Origin: Pyrodictium abyssi
Lineage (GTDB): Archaea; Thermoproteota; Thermoprotei_A; Sulfolobales; Pyrodictiaceae
Direction of reading: 5' to 3'
DNA: 32,000 nucleotides
Assembly (NCBI RefSeq): GCF_036323395.1
Contig: NZ_AP028907.1
Span: 1,500,001-1,532,000, forward strand
Shown here: positions 28,306-32,000 of the stretch, piece by piece
Position numbering within the stretch: the first letter of the stretch is position 1
How the letters are laid out: each line of letters starts with the position of its first letter
Position numbers and translations under genes: made by a program
Notes under the pieces: model-generated
Databases searched by the model: none
Seen by the model: the letters and a program-made list of their open reading frames with translations, nothing else
Told to the model about the DNA's origin: nothing

Positions 28306-28959
28306 TTACGCCTGCCTGCTGTCTGTGCCCCTATTCATCCAGTTCATTATACGCTGCGCCATCAGCTTTAGAGCCATTTCTTTACCTGCTACCTCGCCTG
28401 GAGGCATATACTCTACATGAACACCCGGCACTAGTCTTGCCTGGTTTGCAAGCTTCTTGTCGCCCGTGAAGAATAGGACACCGCCTCTATACTGGTTTGC
28501 GAGAGTCTCGAGAAGCTTCAGTATATCGTAGTCATCCCTAGCTGGCTGTCTATAGATCCTCTCACCGGCCTTAAGGGGCTCAGAGATGCCTCTCCCCAGT
28601 ATCTCGTGGAACTCTAGCGAGGGCGATGTTATCTCACGGGCGAGTATATCGGCGAACCCCTTGTACATCTGGTCGAATACCACCGCGTATTCCGGCTTAG
28701 TTTTGGCCTCCCTGCTTCTAGCACCCGCCCCCGCCTGCTGTTGATTACCAGCAGCGATGCCAGCCTGACTCCCGCTAAGGATTCTCTGTAAATCGTTTAC
28801 CTCCTCGCCTGTGAGATAAAGAACACGAGTGGCCCTATAGATTGTCGCTTCTGACCGACACTTTGAGGCAACTATTAGCAATGCCTCGCCAAAGCTTGGA
28901 GCTTCGTAGAGAGAACCCCCACACGATACGATGTATGCGCGTTGAGTCTGCTCTTCCAT
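28306..28959 (-). CDS. Hypothetical protein with putative PIN-like C-terminal region
   Basis: 217 aa; C-terminal DDYDILKLLETLANQYRGGVLFFTGDKKLANQARLVPGVHVEYMPPGE resembles the PIN-domain (V/L)xxTGDKxLAxxA motif. Confidence 0.65.
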   Translation of the reverse strand: MEEQTQRAYIVSCGGSLYEAPSFGEALLIVASKCRSEATIYRATRVLYLTGEEVNDLQRILSGSQAGIAAGNQQQAGAGARSREAKTKPEYAVVFDQMYKGFADILAREITSPSLEFHEILGRGISEPLKAGERIYRQPARDDYDILKLLETLANQYRGGVLFFTGDKKLANQARLVPGVHVEYMPPGEVAGKEMALKLMAQRIMNWMNRGTDSRQA

Positions 28960-29030
28960 TCTCCACAGCCCAGAGTGGGTGGAGAGAATAGGCGCCTTTA
29001 TTCTGCCTCTCTAGTACCTTATGCATATCT

Positions 29031-29465
29031 CTACCTGACAACCATTACTGACGTGGCAGAGTTGACCACTACTGAGAGCGCGACGCTTCCTATCATAAGA
29101 TCCTCGTTTGCAGTGCTTCCACGTGCCCCAAGTATCACAAGGTCATAGCCCCCCTCTATTATCTCGGAGAGTATTTCGCTGGCAACGCTAGTAGCTCTTG
29201 GCTTGTATTCACGCGTCTTTACTACTACATTGAGGCCGCTCGCCTCTATGCGCTTGCGTATGGCGCTTGTGATTGAGCTAGCATCTTCGCCTGGAGCGTG
29301 AACGTGGAGAACTGTTATTCTTGAGCCATAGCGTCGTGCAAAGTCTAGTGCAACGTCTAGCGCTCGTAGGCTCGACTCAGAGCCGTCTATGGGGACGAGT
29401 ATCCTTCTAAAGAGAAAGCTAATCCTATATGTAGGCTCAGTCCTTATATCAATAGTAGCTGTCAT
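29031..29465 (-). CDS. Universal stress protein (UspA) family protein
   Basis: FRRILVPIDGSESSLRALDVALDFARRYGSRITVLHV...VILGARGSTANEDLMIGSVALSVVVNSATSVMVVR. ATG 29465 preferred; the track ORF begins at 29513. Confidence 0.9.
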   Translation of the reverse strand: MTATIDIRTEPTYRISFLFRRILVPIDGSESSLRALDVALDFARRYGSRITVLHVHAPGEDASSITSAIRKRIEASGLNVVVKTREYKPRATSVASEILSEIIEGGYDLVILGARGSTANEDLMIGSVALSVVVNSATSVMVVR

Positions 29466-29610
29466 GAGTCTACACCTGTGCACCCAGTATAACGCTGTAA
29501 TGACGTGTAGCAAAAATCTGTGCCAGAAAACTCGCGTTGAATAATTTCAGTAAGGAACGCTCGTGAGTAAACCGATCATTTGCTGCAGTGGGGCGGTACG
29601 AACCCTGCCC

Positions 29611-30645
29611 CTAGGGTATCCGCCCACTCATTAGCCCCAGGGTCCTATCGGTTATGCGTATAGTCTCCTCGGCAGACTTTGCAGCCTCCATAACGGCTCT
29701 GATGGCGTCTATGTTCTCTGGCACTACTATGGACTCTTGATGCACAGCTTGCATCCATATTACTTCCCTGCCTCCTAGCACAGCTACGCTATCTAGCCAT
29801 ACTACTAGCTCGGGTATGTCGTAGCGCTTTCTCCCGAGATCCCTAGCATACTCGACGAGGTCTGCTGTGCTAGCCAAGCCTAGCCCTGCGTCAGCTAGCA
29901 GTATTCTCGGCGTCTGCTCTAACGCGGATACCACGTCGTCGCGGGTTACTTCCTCCTCGAGCTCCGCGAACACTATGTGCACGTGCATTAGTGTCGTAGG
30001 CACGACGACAGCTGTAGTGGCTATATCGAGGCTCGGTAGAACGGTCTTTACGTCAACTGCATGGTGGCTTGGAAGCTTAGCAGGATTCGGGACAATGGCG
30101 TTGACAGGGCCGCGCTTCACTTCCTTAGGGTCTGATGCGCGGCGTACTATGGTTGCCCTAACCTTCTTTATTTTAGCTATCTTAGATAGGGCACATATGC
30201 TCCTTAGGAGGCCAGTAGTATTGCATGAGACTACGCGCACGCTTTTCTTGCCTAGTGCCTCCTCGTAGTTGCAGAACGTGTTGAAGGATACTTCGGCTAC
30301 TTCTGGCTTCTCACCGCCCTGGAATATGGCTTTCACGCCAAAGCGCTCATATACATGCTTATACTCCTTTCCAACACCGCCGGGTGTTGCGTCTACTACG
30401 ACATCTACCTTCTCGAGAAGGTCTTCGAGAGACCCCTCTACCGGTATGCCCTTCTCCCTGAAGGCGTCTAGCCGGTCGCTTGGCGCGTATAGGGGTATGC
30501 CGCTGGATACCGCGTACTTAGCTACGTAGTCCGGTTTGGTCTTCACTACACCGGCCAGCTCCATGTCGGGTTGCTTCGATATGGCTTCGGCTACGCGCTT
30601 GCCTATTGTGCCAAACCCGTTTACAGCAACACGAATACGAGCCAC
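29611..30645 (-). CDS. gap: Glyceraldehyde-3-phosphate dehydrogenase, archaeal (type II)
   Basis: RIRVAVNGFGTIGKRVAEAI, VRVVSCNTTGLLRSICAL, VRRASDPKEVKRGPVNAIVP. GTG 30645 is preceded by GAGGTG, so I prefer it over ATG 30660. Confidence 0.96.
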   Translation of the reverse strand: MARIRVAVNGFGTIGKRVAEAISKQPDMELAGVVKTKPDYVAKYAVSSGIPLYAPSDRLDAFREKGIPVEGSLEDLLEKVDVVVDATPGGVGKEYKHVYERFGVKAIFQGGEKPEVAEVSFNTFCNYEEALGKKSVRVVSCNTTGLLRSICALSKIAKIKKVRATIVRRASDPKEVKRGPVNAIVPNPAKLPSHHAVDVKTVLPSLDIATTAVVVPTTLMHVHIVFAELEEEVTRDDVVSALEQTPRILLADAGLGLASTADLVEYARDLGRKRYDIPELVVWLDSVAVLGGREVIWMQAVHQESIVVPENIDAIRAVMEAAKSAEETIRITDRTLGLMSGRIP

Positions 30646-30758
30646 GATGCAGCACCTCATGAGCCGTGTCTCACAGCTGGTTCGGGGAATGCATACTCGA
30701 GTACGGGGCGCTGGGCCCAGGTAACAGAGCCTAGGGGAGTGTGAGATAAAGAAGAGCC

Positions 30759-32000
30759 CTAGCCTGTTAGTTGGCTGAAGAACTTCTCAGCGGACTTGGC
30801 TAACGCGGTTAGGCCGGGTAGGTCCTCGCCAGCAAGGAACAGCAGAAGCGCTCCGCCGCCGGTGCTTATGTGAAGGTTAGGCCTTCCAGCTAGTCCTAGC
30901 TCGGCTATGATGCTGTTGAGGTGGCCGCCTCCGACTATTACGTAGGCGTTGCTCTCTATAGCAGCGCGTACAAGCTCCCTACTCCCCTCGCGGAATCGTG
31001 GATCTTCTATAACGCCAGCAGGCCCCCTCATAACTATCAGTCGTGCCTCCTTCATTATCTCTGTGTACATCTTCACTGTCTGAGGGCCGATGTCCTTAAT
31101 GACGCCCTTTATGTGGCCGATTGTTTCGACCTCTATGTGGTCGTCTACAAGGGTTCGGAAGTCTACAGGGGTCTCTATGGGGAGTCCTCGTAGTAGCAGG
31201 CGTCTGGCACGCGGTAGGAGGGACAACAAGCCCTTAGCCTCTAGTACCCGGAGATTCGCCTCGCCGATATTGATGCCCTTCGCCACCATGAACAGTTCTG
31301 CGACAAGGCCTGTAGCGAGTATCCTGTCCACAGCACCATTGCTGTGGAGGTGCTCTAATATACGTAGCGTGTCGTGAACCTTTCCACCGCCTAGTACAAA
31401 CACACGTGGCCTCTCCTCGGGGTTGTATAGCTTGGATAGCGCGGTTAGCTCCCTCTCCATGACGCGGCCGGCTGCCGAGGGTAGCCTCATGGGGAATCCT
31501 ACTATGCTGGGCTGGCTCCTATGCGCTGTAGCAAAAGCGTCGTTCACGTAGTAGTTGAATAGAGGTGCTAGCCTCGTAACAAATATGCTCTCGGCGTGCT
31601 TCTCCGGAGTCGCCTCAATGATCTCCTCGGAGACCAAACGCGTATTGTCTAGGAGCAGGACCTCGCCAGGCTGGAGGCTCTTTATAGCCTCGCGGGCTGC
31701 CGGCCCTATAACGTCGTCGATAAAGCGTACCGGTAGACCTGTATGCTTCTCTAAGAGTTCAGCATGCTTACCTAGGCTTACGAAGTCGCTGTCGCCGGGC
31801 CTTCCCTGATGCGACATAGCTACAACAGCAGCGCCCCGCTCCACAAGCTCGCGTACCGTCACAGCATGGGCACGTATCCGGCTATCGTCTAAGATATCCT
31901 TGGTCTCTGGGTCTATAGGACTGTTAATGTCTATCCTTAGCAGTATCTTGGAGCCCTTAATACCAAAATACTTGTCAATATCGTCGATGGTTGGTATGAG
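30759..32000 (-). CDS. pgk: Phosphoglycerate kinase; partial, N-terminus beyond right edge
   Basis: Track ORF 30759..31862 plus my in-frame translation of 31863..32000: LIPTIDDIDKYFGIKGSKILLRIDINSPIDPETKDILDDSRIRAHA then VTVRELVERGAAVVAMSHQGRPGDSDFVSLGKHAELL. GGGH and TGGGALL motifs near the C-terminus. Confidence 0.96.
   Translation of the reverse strand, partial: LIPTIDDIDKYFGIKGSKILLRIDINSPIDPETKDILDDSRIRAHAVTVRELVERGAAVVAMSHQGRPGDSDFVSLGKHAELLEKHTGLPVRFIDDVIGPAAREAIKSLQPGEVLLLDNTRLVSEEIIEATPEKHAESIFVTRLAPLFNYYVNDAFATAHRSQPSIVGFPMRLPSAAGRVMERELTALSKLYNPEERPRVFVLGGGKVHDTLRILEHLHSNGAVDRILATGLVAELFMVAKGINIGEANLRVLEAKGLLSLLPRARRLLLRGLPIETPVDFRTLVDDHIEVETIGHIKGVIKDIGPQTVKMYTEIMKEARLIVMRGPAGVIEDPRFREGSRELVRAAIESNAYVIVGGGHLNSIIAELGLAGRPNLHISTGGGALLLFLAGEDLPGLTALAKSAEKFFSQLTG

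Noticed and set aside
1-32000. CRISPR arrays, transposons, toxin-antitoxin or defence islands, inteins, tRNA genes
   Set aside because: I found no regularly spaced direct repeats, transposase-like ORFs, Cas or restriction motifs, TAM elements, intein block in reverse gyrase, or GGTTCRANNCC T-arm signatures. A tRNAscan-SE and CRISPR-finder run would confirm these absences.
1-32000. Replication origin (ORB elements)
   Set aside because: No Cdc6/Orc1 gene and no TTCCAGTGGAAAC-type ORB repeats were seen in any gap.

Overview
This window is a compact, mostly housekeeping stretch of a hyperthermophilic archaeal chromosome. Reverse gyrase, thermosome, Alba, TBP, RpoK, GatD/GatE and archaeal-type GAPDH/PGK point to Crenarchaeota, plausibly Desulfurococcales/Pyrodictiaceae; that lineage call is inference. 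Identifiable genes include enolase, a TrkA-type NAD-binding protein, an MscS-type channel, signal peptidase I, a type IA topoisomerase, rpoK, thermosome subunit, a PNP/MTAP-family phosphorylase, a protein disulfide oxidoreductase, gatE/gatD, alba, reverse gyrase, nadE, nnr, tbp, a UspA-family protein, gap and pgk (cut by the right edge). Three coding regions are missing or incomplete in the supplied ORF track: a 52-aa ribosomal protein S30e (18898..19056 +), a partial minus-strand CDS running off the left edge (<1..571), and the upstream part of pgk (to >32000). I found no CRISPR array, transposon, rRNA, tRNA or defence system. The best candidate for something undescribed is the ~310-nt GC-rich intergenic region between nnr and tbp (about 26267..26540). 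It contains several strong complementary arm pairs (13-bp and 15-bp stems) and has no convincing ORF, so it is a candidate structured RNA. Secondary items are a thioredoxin-fold protein without its catalytic cysteines, a putative PIN-like protein, several uncharacterised protein pairs, and a possible shared TATA element between gatD and rps30e.
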